NCBI GenBank assembly: GCA_963781145.1
Contig: CAWADW010000005.1
Span: 504,423 to 568,422, forward strand
Reading direction: 5' to 3'
Length of the DNA stretch: 64,000 nucleotides
From: an uncultured Pseudomonadota bacterium
GTDB taxonomy: Bacteria > Vulcanimicrobiota > Vulcanimicrobiia > Eremiobacterales > Eremiobacteraceae
A model generated the notes under the pieces. It was not told the origin of the DNA, did not search any database, and saw only the letters and a program-made list of their open reading frames with translations. Below, piece by piece: positions 47,283-57,268 of this stretch. The position numbers and the translations under genes were made by a program. The stretch's first letter is position 1; every line of letters begins with the position of its first letter.

Positions 47283-48569
47283 TTACAAGCGAGTGAGGGG
47301 GTTCACCGGTACGCCGTTCACCCGAATTTCAAAATGTAAGTGTGGTCCCGTAGCGTAGCCCGTGGCCCCGACGGCCCCGATAACCTGGCCCCGCTGAATA
47401 TGCTGATTGACCGATACGTACATTGCCGAGCAGTGAGCATAAAGCGTCGATAGTCCCGATCCGTGGTCTAGAATGATGGCATTGCCGTATCCGCCGTACC
47501 AACTTGCGTACAGGACGACGCCGTCGGCGGCTGCTTGAATCGGCGTGCCATAGTCGGCACCGATATCGATGCCCGAATGGAGCGCGTAGCGCCCGGTAAT
47601 TGGATCCACCCGCATGCCGAAAGGCGAGGTGATCGGACCTCGCACAGGCCACGCAAAGACGACCGGACCGAATTCCGAACAGACGGGCGGAGCCAGACCC
47701 GCCGCCATCGCAGCCATCCGACGAGCTTGGCAAGCCTCGTATCGGGCGCGCAGCGTGACCGCCTCGTCCTCGCGCTGTTTTTCTTGGATCAACGCCTGGA
47801 GCCGGGCCTCCTCCGCAGCGCTCAACCCTTCAAGCTCGTACACCTGTTGGGCGATGATCGAGCGCTGACTTGACGCAATAGCAAGCAAGGAGCGTCGCTG
47901 GTCGGCGAGTTGGCCAAGCTCCTGCTTGCGTGCAAGCTCGTCTTCTTGCTCTCGCACCAACGCTGCTTGCGTGCTCTCCAAGCCGAGCACGATCGTTTCG
48001 TAACGCGCTTGCTCGGAGTTCACCGTCGCGATGAGCCGCGAGTCGGAACGCAAAATAGCGCGGATGAAATCCCAGCGTTCGATAAAGTCGACGAATGAGG
48101 TCGCACTCAAAAGCACGTCGAGGTACGATGTTGCGCTCCCGTATTCATACACGTCAACAATCCGGTGATTGAGCGCATCGCGATGGCGGTCGAGACTGGC
48201 TTGCGCGGCTGCAAGTTGGCGTTTGCGAATAGCCAAGCGCAGTTGCGTCTGTGTAATGGCGCTGCCAAGCGCACCCAAATCGCCGCGCACCCGAATAATG
48301 CTGTACTGCACGGATTCGAGTTGTTGCGAGATCGTCTGCTCTTTGAAGCGCGCGACGTGGAGTTTGAGACGGCTCTCGTGCAGCTTACGCTGCGTTGCCT
48401 CGAGCAGCGCTTTCTTTTCTTGAATCTTTTCGCTGATCGGCACCGGGGTCGCGGCCAGCGCGACCGGTGCGAATGCGCTTGCAAATGGCTGGACACTAAG
48501 GATGACAACCGCGAGGACAACAAGACGTAGTCGCGCGAATTTATTCGCGCGTGCGCGCTGGATGTTCAA
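47283..48569 (-). CDS. M23 family metallopeptidase with N-terminal coiled coil (EnvC-like murein hydrolase activator)
   Basis: Signal peptide, long coiled-coil region and a C-terminal LytM/M23 domain (HSGIDIGADYGTPI...GPHLHFE). TTG start overlaps the ftsX stop. Confidence 0.8.
   Translation of the reverse strand: MNIQRARANKFARLRLVVLAVVILSVQPFASAFAPVALAATPVPISEKIQEKKALLEATQRKLHESRLKLHVARFKEQTISQQLESVQYSIIRVRGDLGALGSAITQTQLRLAIRKRQLAAAQASLDRHRDALNHRIVDVYEYGSATSYLDVLLSATSFVDFIERWDFIRAILRSDSRLIATVNSEQARYETIVLGLESTQAALVREQEDELARKQELGQLADQRRSLLAIASSQRSIIAQQVYELEGLSAAEEARLQALIQEKQREDEAVTLRARYEACQARRMAAMAAGLAPPVCSEFGPVVFAWPVRGPITSPFGMRVDPITGRYALHSGIDIGADYGTPIQAAADGVVLYASWYGGYGNAIILDHGSGLSTLYAHCSAMYVSVNQHIQRGQVIGAVGATGYATGPHLHFEIRVNGVPVNPLTRL
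48526..48550. repeat. REP-like element, family B (GTAGTCGCGCGAATTTATTCGCGCG), located inside the N-terminal coding region of the M23 gene
   Basis: Exact family-B sequence. It encodes RARANKFARL of the signal-peptide n-region. Confidence 0.6.
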
Positions 48570-49453
48570 GCGGTCTTCAGGTATCGTCCGATAGAGAGCA
48601 TGCTCGAAAGCATCCCAACAAGGACGCCGACCAAAACCAGTTCGAGCGCGAGGTGCGGCAGCGGTACGCTTGCCGGATTGAACGGAATAAACGGCAGATT
48701 GAGAATGAATTTGGGAGCCAGCGAGCGATAGCCCGCGTCCAAGACCAGCAATCCGATGGTTGCCCCGAAGAGTCCTGAGAGAATGCCTTCGAACACGAAC
48801 GGCCAGCGCACAGCCCAGCCGGTTGCGCCGACCAGTTGCATAATGCCAATCTCGCGCTGCCGCGCGAACACCGTGAGGCGAATCGTATTGTACATGATCA
48901 GCGCCGTAGCCAAGAGCAGCAGTGCCACGACGCCAAGCCCTGCCGCGCTAAAGAGCGCCTCGGCTCGGAGCAGCTTCTGGGTCACGCTGCTGCCGTAGTT
49001 AATATTGGCCACCCCAGGTTTGTGGCCCATTTCCCCGGCAAGCGGGGGAACGTCCGTCGGCGCATACGTGTGGACGACAATGGTGTTTGGCAACGGATTA
49101 GTATTGAGAAGTCCCAAATTAAATTGGCCGCGCAGCGACTGACGCAGATTGATCATGGCGCGCTTCTTGCTCACATAGCGAACTGTGTCCACCCGCGGGT
49201 CTGCTTGCAGCGACCGGATGAGCGCATCGACGTCCGGACCCTTCGCGTCATCCCGAAGATAGATCGCGATTGCGACTTGACCGACGATGTTCTTCATCAC
49301 GATGTCGAACGACGTTCGCAGGAACAAGAAAACGCCAAGCAAGATGATGGAGATAGCGATCGTGCCGATGGCGGTGAGTGCCATCGTGATGTTCCGCGTG
49401 AAGTTTTGGGCCACCTCAGCCCAAAAAAAACGAACCTTACCCCAGTCCAACAT
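48566..49453 (-). CDS. ftsX: cell division permease FtsX
   Basis: FtsX topology (TM1, large periplasmic loop, three C-terminal transmembrane helices) and the conserved C-terminus. Internal start MLDWGKVRFF chosen to limit overlap with ftsE. Confidence 0.85.
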   Translation of the reverse strand: MLDWGKVRFFWAEVAQNFTRNITMALTAIGTIAISIILLGVFLFLRTSFDIVMKNIVGQVAIAIYLRDDAKGPDVDALIRSLQADPRVDTVRYVSKKRAMINLRQSLRGQFNLGLLNTNPLPNTIVVHTYAPTDVPPLAGEMGHKPGVANINYGSSVTQKLLRAEALFSAAGLGVVALLLLATALIMYNTIRLTVFARQREIGIMQLVGATGWAVRWPFVFEGILSGLFGATIGLLVLDAGYRSLAPKFILNLPFIPFNPASVPLPHLALELVLVGVLVGMLSSMLSIGRYLKTA

Positions 49454-50127
49454 GATAACGTCCGCGCTCTTCGTCGCGCGCGATGCGGCCATTGACCAAG
49501 CGCACGACCCGGCGCCGCATGCGGTCGACGATGGCTTGATTGTGGGTGGCGACGATCGTCGTCGTGCCCTTGGCGTTGATGCGCGAGAGCAGCGCCATGA
49601 TTTCGCTCGAGGTCTCGGGGTCGAGGTTGCCGGTGGGTTCGTCGCACAAGAGAATGAGGGGATTGTTGACGAGCGAGCGCGCGATGGCTACGCGCTGCTG
49701 CTCTCCGCCGGAGAGCTCTTGGGGAAACATCTTGGCTTTGTGCGCGATGCCGACGAGCTCCAGCATGCGAGGAACGCGCCGCAGCACTTCGCGAGAGCTC
49801 GCCCCCGTCACTTGCAAAGCGTAAGCAACATTTTCCCACACCGTCTTTTGATAAAGCAGTTTGAAATCTTGAAAGACGACGCCAACCTTGCGCCGCAAGA
49901 ACGGAACGTCCCCGGGGCGCAGCGTCGTGAGACTCTGACCATCGACCTCGACGGTCGCCTTCGGTGGGCCGCACCTCGCGGATAATGCACGAAAGCAGGC
50001 TCGACTTACCCTGCCCCGTGCTGCCGACCAGGAACATGAACTCGCCGCGGGCGACCGTGAGCGAAATCTCGGTCAGCGCGTGAACGCCGTTCGGGTAGAC
50101 GAGGCTGACGTCTCGAAAAACGATCAT
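49437..50127 (-). pseudogene. ftsE: cell division ATP-binding protein FtsE, frameshifted near 49955 (probably a sequence error)
   Basis: N-terminus MIVFRDVSLVYPNGVHALTEISLTV..GSTGQGKSSLL (Walker A) in ORF 49297..50127, up to ...RPTEG. The remainder (ATVEVDGQSLTT...[15 protein letters not shown]...[11 protein letters not shown]) is in frame 49437..49898. Confidence 0.85.
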
Positions 50128-50245
50128 GCCGCGCCTTGTATGCCCACAGCGTGAGAAATGGCCATCTGTAACGATTTATTCGCCGCCTGGGGACGCGGCC
50201 CTCGCGGAGTGGGGAACCAGCGCTTGGAATGGCAAAAGGGTTGCT

Positions 50246-51397
50246 ATGGACTTCGACCTCTCGACCGAACAGCAAGACGTCGCGAATCTATGTCGCGAAT
50301 TCGCCGAGGGCGAAATCGCGCCCCACGCCCAAGAATGGGATGCAAAAGCAGAATTTCCGCTTGCCACCGTGCGCAAGATGGGTGAGCTCGGATTTTTGGG
50401 TTTGCCCTTTCCTGAGAAATATGGCGGAGCCGGATGCGGACACCGTTTCGTACGCACTAGCCGTCATGGAAATCGGAAAAGCCGACGCTTCTGTGGGCAT
50501 CACTATGGCAGCGCATGTGTCGCTTGGATCACAGCCCTTCTTTGCATTTGGCAGCGAGGCGCAAAAACAAAAATATCTCGTGCCGCTGGCGCGAGGAGAA
50601 CGCTTGTGGGCATTCGGACTTACCGAAGCACAGGCCGGTTCTGACGCGGGTGCGACGCAGACGACGGCTCAAGTGCACGATGGACGCTGGACGATCAACG
50701 GATCAAAGTGTTTCATCACCAATGCGGGTACGCCGATGACCGGAGGCGTGACGATCACCGCCGTGACGGGGCGCGGTAACGGCCGTTCGGAAATCAGCAA
50801 CATCATCGTCCCTCAAGACATCCCTGGGTACACGCAGGCGGCTCCGTATAAGAAGATGGGTTGGCGCGCATCGGATACGCGCGAACTGTCACTTCGACAA
50901 CGCAGAGGTGCCGGAGGAAAACCTGCTTAGGCGAGCGCGGACGAGGCCTTAAGCAGTTTCTCGAGATTCTCGACGGTGGACGGATCAGCGTCGGTGCACT
51001 TTCCGTGGGTCTCGCGCAAGCCTGTTATGAGGCTGCTGCGAAGTACGCGAAAGAGCGCCATCAATTCGGCCAACCCATTGCGAAGTTCCAGGCCGTGCAG
51101 TTTCAACTCGTCGACATGGCGGTGGAAATCGAACTCGCGCGCTCTGCCGTGCTCAAAGCAGCGTGGCTCAAAGACCAAGGGCGTGATTTCGCCACCGCGG
51201 CGGCAATGGCGAAGCTTTTTTCGGGCGAGGTCTCTCGGCGCTGCGCGAATGCCGCGGTGCAGATTCACGGCGGTTACGGGTTTATGGACGAGTATCCCGT
51301 GTCGCGTTACTGGCGCGACTGCAAGATCAACGAGATCGGCGAGGGCACAAACGAAGTGCAGCGCATGGTGATCGCGCGCCAACTCGGTCTGTCGTGA
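50246..51397 (+). pseudogene. acyl-CoA dehydrogenase interrupted by three +1 indels (about 50432, 50893, 50930)
   Basis: MDFDLSTEQQDV...EKYGGAG | ADTVSYALAVMEIGK...DTRELS | FDNAEVPEENLL | GERGRGLKQF...EGTNEVQRMVIARQLGLS*. The protein continues through three frames. Confidence 0.8.
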
Positions 51398-51398
51398 T

Positions 51399-51423
51399 GT
51401 AGTCGCGCGAATTTATTCGCGCG
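51399..51423. repeat. REP-like element, family B (GTAGTCGCGCGAATTTATTCGCGCG)
   Basis: Intergenic, immediately after the ACAD stop codon. Confidence 0.65.
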
Positions 51424-51446
51424 TTCATTCTACTCCGATTTAGCGG

Positions 51447-52527
51447 CTAGTGGGTCGTGTCGACTGCAATCCCGAACCCGGCGAGACCCACGCTCGAATC
51501 GCCTATCTCCCGATGATTGAGTATCGACGTCACGGGGCCGCTTGCAACCTCAGGTCCGGGGATGACGTGGATGACCGATCCGTCGTAGACGAAGAGCAGA
51601 TCGCGGACCGAATCGTAGGCCATTCCTGACGGGCCGCTCGAAAAGCCGTTGATAACTTGGCCGTGAGCGTTGGGGCCGCTCGCGGTACTCGGCTTATGGA
51701 CGACGTCGATTTGCCCGACAATGTTGCCTCCCACCTTCACGATTCTCAGCCACGAATAATTTGTCGTTCGCAGCGCTGTACGCCATGCCTTGGGGGAAGA
51801 ACAGGGCGCTCACCTCGCGGCTTGCTGCTATGGTGGGGTTCGTCATGGAAGTAACAGCTGTTTGGGCCGCCGCACCGAAATTGTCAAACGAAGCAACGAC
51901 CGCACCGAAATCGCTGACAAACAGCCGGTCGTTCACCGGATCATAGATCATTTCGACTGCGCGCGGCGTGCCGGCGATGCTCGAATCGGTGATCGTTAGG
52001 GTGATGTTCGCCGCTGGCACCGAACTGCCGGTCATCGAGTGCGCATTTGCAAACACTTGGATCGTCGAGCCATTAACGTTGGAAACATAGAGGAGATCGT
52101 GGTTGACATCGTATGCGGCCGTCCCTTGACCGTTCATGTAGGGGACGAGCGAGTTCGGGTTCATGCCGCCCTCCGCCCCGGGGTTGTTCCAAACCCTAAT
52201 CGGGGTGGAAAAGTTCCCGCCGCCTCCCATTGTAGGATAGGCGGTGGGATACCACAGCACGTTGTAAAGCGGCGAGAAGACGACATCCGGGTTGCTGAGG
52301 TCGCTCGTTGGCAGAACCACCGCAGCCGCGATGAATCCGTTGGCGGTGGAAGCATGCGTGTACACGCGTATCTGCTGCACGGTTTGAACGTAGAGCGTGT
52401 CCGGACCGGTTCCGGTTGGGGTCGGCGTGGGAGATGGGGACGTGCTTGCAGTGCTATGGCAACCGTAGCCACCTGAGGCGACAATGATGCACGCCAGAGT
52501 AAAGCAGATTCCCAGTTTGGGATTCAT
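51447..52527 (-). pseudogene. secreted repeat (beta-propeller-like) lipoprotein, one frameshift near 51720
   Basis: Signal/lipobox-like N-terminus MNPKLGICFTLAC, Thr/Pro linker, then repeated ...LYV/LFV..D.. motifs. The C-terminal part continues in ORF 51447..51740. Confidence 0.5.
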
Positions 52528-52711
52528 CGGGGTTTGGGTTCTCCTCGATTAGGGAAAGGCGCGCTTGAGAAAGCGGCAGCCATACTATTTAAGAGAGAAC
52601 TAGGCCCGCCTCTTCGCTGGTTTAGTCGCGCGCCCTGCCCCATTCTCTGGTTGGCAAGTCGAAGGCTGCCGGTTTCCCAGCAGCCTTCTCCATTGAATGT
52701 TCAGTTCGCGC

Positions 52712-55700
52712 TTACAGTTTTGTGGACAAACTGAACACGTACGTGCGTACCGGAATCGCTCCACCACCAGCTAGTGCAGCAGAGGCGCCGACGTACGGGA
52801 AGTAGTCATCGCCGTAGTAGGCGTTCGCTGGGTTAGCCGATTTCGCAGCGAAAGCGCCCATCCCAAGCGGCGACAATGCGTAGAACGGATTGTCTGCGTA
52901 GGAGATGATACCCTGACTCGCCGGCTGCTCCCAAGCATAGCCTTGATTGTGAACACCCCAGAGGAGGTTCGTTCCTAGGATCGATGCTTTCAGGTTGTGG
53001 CCGATGTCGTGAGAGATGCCCAAGTTGAGCGCCCACCACGACGGCCCTTTGAAGGCGCCTGGGGCATCGAATTGGCTTGTGTATGGATCTGGCCCCAGCG
53101 CACCCGGCAATGGGGCTGTGCAAGGACTGATCGTGCCGTGCTCGCAGGTAGCGGGCAACGGAGTGCAGCCGGGTGCATTGCCCCCAACCCCGGGCGGGCC
53201 AGCAGCAAAGCAGTGCGCGTCTGAGAAGAGTTGCGGGTCTCCGTACGGGTTGCCGGATTGATAGTTCAACGTCGGTAGAATATCAAATCCATGCTCCCGC
53301 ACATCGAGCCCCACGTTGAGTCACGAATCGCACATCGTACGACGGCGATGCTGGCACCGCCTGATCGTAAGATGGCGAGTAGTACGCGTTCGGATCGAGC
53401 GTCGCGAAGTGTGTGCCGTAGTAGTTGTTGTAGGCGGAGATCTGGCTATTAATTGTGTCGATGTACGATGCTCCGCTCGGACCCTTCCAGAACCTGATCT
53501 TGGAATTGGTGTAGGTCGCGGCTATCACGCCCCCAATGCCGTTCTCACTGGACACATTCTTGCTCAGTAAGAACTCGGCTCCCGAAACGCGCGCATTGCC
53601 GAAGTTGTATCCGGTAACGAAGCTCGGCGATGCGGGATTCACGGGCAAGTTAAGGATCTGGTTTTGCGTATCTCTATAGAACGGCGTGATCTTCATGGAC
53701 AAGCCAGCTGAAAAGTCGTGCTCGACCGATAAGTCGTAGTTCGTGCTGTTTTCGGGTTGCACGTTGTGAACCGTCAAGAACCCCAGGCCATCGTAGAATC
53801 GATTCAGCAGTTGAACCGTGTCGCCCGGTCCCCAGAACGGGGCTTCCCGGTACTCTACGAACGCAGAGTCCGGAGGCTGAACGTAGCGTCCAACTGAGAA
53901 CCGAAGGATGTTGGTTGGATCAAACGTGTACGTGAAGCCGAATCGTGGGCTTATCGCCTCATACGAGATGGAGGTCGGCGGATTGCTCCACCCCCCTGCT
54001 CCCGGTGCATCTTTTGCGCTCAAACCCACGCCGCCAGGATCAGTCCCCGGGGGACTGTTTGGCGTGCTCCCGTTGGTGAGGATCGAGAAGCAGTTCGTTC
54101 CCGCTGGATAGCCGGGGATACTCGGATCGCCTGGCGAGTATGCGAAACCATGCAGGCACTGCCCGTTTTGTTCTTCAGCCATGTATGCTAGACCGTTGAG
54201 ACCGGTGATCTGCATATCGGGCATCAGCACGAAACGGAACTCATCCCAACGCGCTCCGAAGTCGAACAACAGCTTGTCGCTGGGTTTGAACTGGTCGTCG
54301 ATGACACCATCGTAGGTTATAGGCGTCGTGCTCGACCAATATCCGAACGGCGAGCCTACGTAGGTGACGGGGCTGTCCCGCCGTGCATGCCATGCCCACA
54401 CCTCCGCAATTGGGGTGCGTTCCCCAAAAGTTGAATGCCGGCTGGTAATTGTAGCGCAGCGTCAAGTCGCGCGTCCAGTCGGTGTCGATCTTCAGAAGGT
54501 TCTGCGCGTTGAGCTGGTTTTGGTAGTTGAGCGTGACCCCTGTCGCGTTGTCGTGCAGTTGGTAGAATGTGAAACCGACCCAGCCGTTGATTGGCTGGTC
54601 GAGGCTCCAACCCGAAAACAAGTTGTACTCGTACAGGCGCAAGAACGAATTGTCGTTCAGAGCTCGAGTGTAGGACAGCTTTGTAATCGAGTACTGCGTA
54701 TTTTGGCTGTCTTGGAATGTTGGCGGGATCGGGCCGCCAAGGCTGCCACCGGACGTTGGCCAGGTGAGCGGCGTGAGCAGCGCTGGGTTGTATGGTTGCC
54801 CAGCGTTGCCTTTGTAGAACAGACCCGTCGGCCACGTGAGATTCGTCGCCGATTGAAACCGGTGTTGCTCGTGAAGGTCGACACGGTTGGGTCCGAATTG
54901 AATGTGCCTTCTGGGGCATACGGAGCCGACTGGGTCGAACCGACCACATACAGTGCTTGCAGGTCGTCGCTCAGACCATTGTGCTGGAGCGTCCAGTGCA
55001 GATTCGTCACGGTGTCGCGTTGTGCGGTCCACGGAATGTCCGAATACGCGGCCAATGACTGCGGCTGCATCAGGGAGTTGGCCACCGAGCAGTTGAGGAA
55101 ACCGCCGCCTGGCGTTAACCCTGGAATCGTAGAACCAAAGACGTCGTGAGAATTCCAGGCGCCGCAACCAGGATCGTTCGCCGGAACACTGATCGCGGTT
55201 CCCGCCAGGTTGCTCCGGTCGCCGAAGTTGTAGTCGGCGTTCAAAGCCAACGTCGAGACGTAGTAGGTAAACCGATTGTCCGGTGTGCCACCGTAGATGT
55301 CCGCTTGGACTGAGTGGTTGAAGAGCGGTGAGCCGACGATGCCCGTAAAGTCAGCACCGCCTGGATATTTTCCACGCGAAACGACTTCGTTGACATAGCC
55401 GGACATGGCGCGACCCGCATCTGCCGGAGCGCCGCCGGTGTAGACTTCCAAGCTCGAAAGGCCATTCGTCAAACCTGCTGTGGAATTGTAAAAGTCAAAT
55501 CCGCGGTTAAGCGGAATGCCTTCAAGTTCGAATCCGATTTGGTCGAACGAACCGCCGCGCATGGAGAGCGAACCCTGGCCTGCGTAGCCACCGCCCGATC
55601 CAACTTGCCGCACAACGCCCGGCATCGAGCCGACAACGCCGTTTTGGCTATACATCGTCTCTGAGCCGCCTTGCGAACCTTGCAAGTTGGCGATGGCGCG

Positions 55701-56123
55701 CGAGTTGACGGCATAGAGGTCGCCCGTCACCGTCTTACTCACGACGCTCGCAGTTGCAGTGGTCGTAACGTGGCCGATGGTCTTGATGGATTGCCGCATG
55801 TGGATATCTGCGGAGGCTGTTTGGTCAGCCGTAACTGTGATGCCGTAGATGGTTGCGGTGTCGTAACCGTCTTTGCTCCCAGTTATGCTGTAGGTGTCCG
55901 GAGAGAGGTTGAGGATCGAATAGAAACCATTCGACCCGGTCGTTGAACTTTGCGATTGGCTGGGTGACGAAGCCGTCACCTTAGTGCCAGTTAGTGGGTT
56001 GCCATTTTGATCCGTCACCTTGCCCTGAATGTTGCCAGTCGTGCCGGCCAGTGCCCATGTTCCCTGGACGAGCAAAACCGCGACCGTCAGAAGCGCGGTG
56101 CGGAGTAGGCCCTTAGTGGTCAT
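52712..56123 (-). pseudogene. TonB-dependent receptor with N-terminal carboxypeptidase-regulatory-like domain, split by at least 3 frameshifts
   Basis: Strong RBS AAGGAGG + ATG at 56123. Signal peptide, a CarboxypepD_reg-like segment (GNIQGKVTDQNGNPLTGTKVTA...GFYSILNLSPDTYSITGSKDGY), plug and beta-barrel segments spread over ORFs 54657..56198, 54241..55167, 53283..54401 and 52712..53314. Confidence 0.7.
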
Positions 56124-56311
56124 CAAGGGTTTCCTCCTTAAGTGAGTGAGAATGCTTAACCGACGAACCAGCCACTGCGGTCGGCCGAGCCGATGCACGC
56201 GCCGTCGTCCCGATTAAGGTGAGTTTAAGGTTCGAACGGTGACTTCGCACACCTGCTCGCAGCGCGTCTTGCGGGACGGATAAGGGCGACAGCGGACCTA
56301 AAGGTCCGCTG

Positions 56312-57223
56312 CTACATTGCGTTAGCGGGTGTATTTTTCAGTGGCGGGCGTGGTTGGCGGAGAATCAATCGCACGAGATCCGGAATGTGCGCCGGACTCT
56401 CGGCGACTGGTACATTAACTTTTTCAAACGCTTGAACTTTTGCTTGCGCCGTGCCGCTGCTGCCACTGACGATTGCCCCCGCGTGACCCATGCGCTTGCC
56501 TTCGGGTGCAGAACGTCCACCGATGAACGCCACCGCTGGTTTTGTGAATTCTCGACGTGCAATCATCGCGGCGGCATCTTCTTCGTCGGTACCACCGATT
56601 TCGCCGACGACAACCACGGCGTGAGTCTCAGGATCTTCCTGGAAAGCCTGCAAGCAGTCAGTGAAGACGGTGCCGATGATTGGATCGCCGCCGATACCCA
56701 CGCACGTGCTCTGGCCGATGCCCGCGCGCGTCAACTGATCGACGATCTCGTACGTTAGCGTGCCACTGCGCGATACGAGCCCGACGTTGCCCGCGGAGAA
56801 CACATGGCCCGGCATAATACCCACGAGCGACTGGCCGGGCGTGACAAGGCCAGGACAATTAGGTCCGATGAGTCGAGCGTCTGGGGGTATGACAGCAACT
56901 GCTTTGAGCATGTCGTGCACTGGAATGCCTTCTGTGATGCAAACGATCAGCTTGATCCCCGCATCGGCTGCCTCTAAAATTGCATCGGCGGCGAACGGTG
57001 GTGGAACGAATATGATGCTTACCGTCGCACCGGTTTTGGCAACCGCCTCGCTCACGGTGTTAAAGACATCGAAGCCTTCTACGGTTTGGCCGCCTTTGCC
57101 GGGCGTGACGCCGCCGGCTATGTTCGTGCCGTAAGCGCGCATGCGGTTGGCGTTGTGCAAGCCCTCGCGACCGGTGATGCCTTGAACGAGGACGACGCCT
57201 GTACGGTCGAGATAGATGGACAA
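56312..57223 (-). CDS. sucD: succinate--CoA ligase subunit alpha
   Basis: CoA-binding and CoA-ligase motifs ([17 protein letters not shown], the His-phosphorylation loop GHAGAI). TTG start. Confidence 0.9.
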   Translation of the reverse strand: MSIYLDRTGVVLVQGITGREGLHNANRMRAYGTNIAGGVTPGKGGQTVEGFDVFNTVSEAVAKTGATVSIIFVPPPFAADAILEAADAGIKLIVCITEGIPVHDMLKAVAVIPPDARLIGPNCPGLVTPGQSLVGIMPGHVFSAGNVGLVSRSGTLTYEIVDQLTRAGIGQSTCVGIGGDPIIGTVFTDCLQAFQEDPETHAVVVVGEIGGTDEEDAAAMIARREFTKPAVAFIGGRSAPEGKRMGHAGAIVSGSSGTAQAKVQAFEKVNVPVAESPAHIPDLVRLILRQPRPPLKNTPANAM

Positions 57224-57242
57224 CTGCTTCCTCCTATCGGGT

Positions 57243-57268
57243 ACGCGCGAATAAATTCGCGCGACTAC
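57243..57268. repeat. REP-like element, family B (minus-strand GTAG head provides the sucC TAG stop codon)
   Basis: On the minus strand reads GTAGTCGCGCGAATTTATTCGCGCGTAC. Overlaps the sucC stop at 57265-57267. Confidence 0.65.

Noticed and set aside
50140-50170. GTAACGATTTATTCGCCGCC upstream of ftsE as another REP-B copy
   Set aside because: It shares only the ATTTATTCGC core and has no palindromic partner arm or GTAG head.
52640-52680. Hairpins GAAGGCTGC-N10-GCAGCCTTC (52640s) and AGCGGACC-TAAA-GGTCCGCT (56275-56296) after the TBDR and sucD stops as intrinsic terminators
   Set aside because: No U-tract follows on the transcribed strand. They may be U-less terminators or RNase sites typical of high-GC genomes, but the sequence alone cannot show this.
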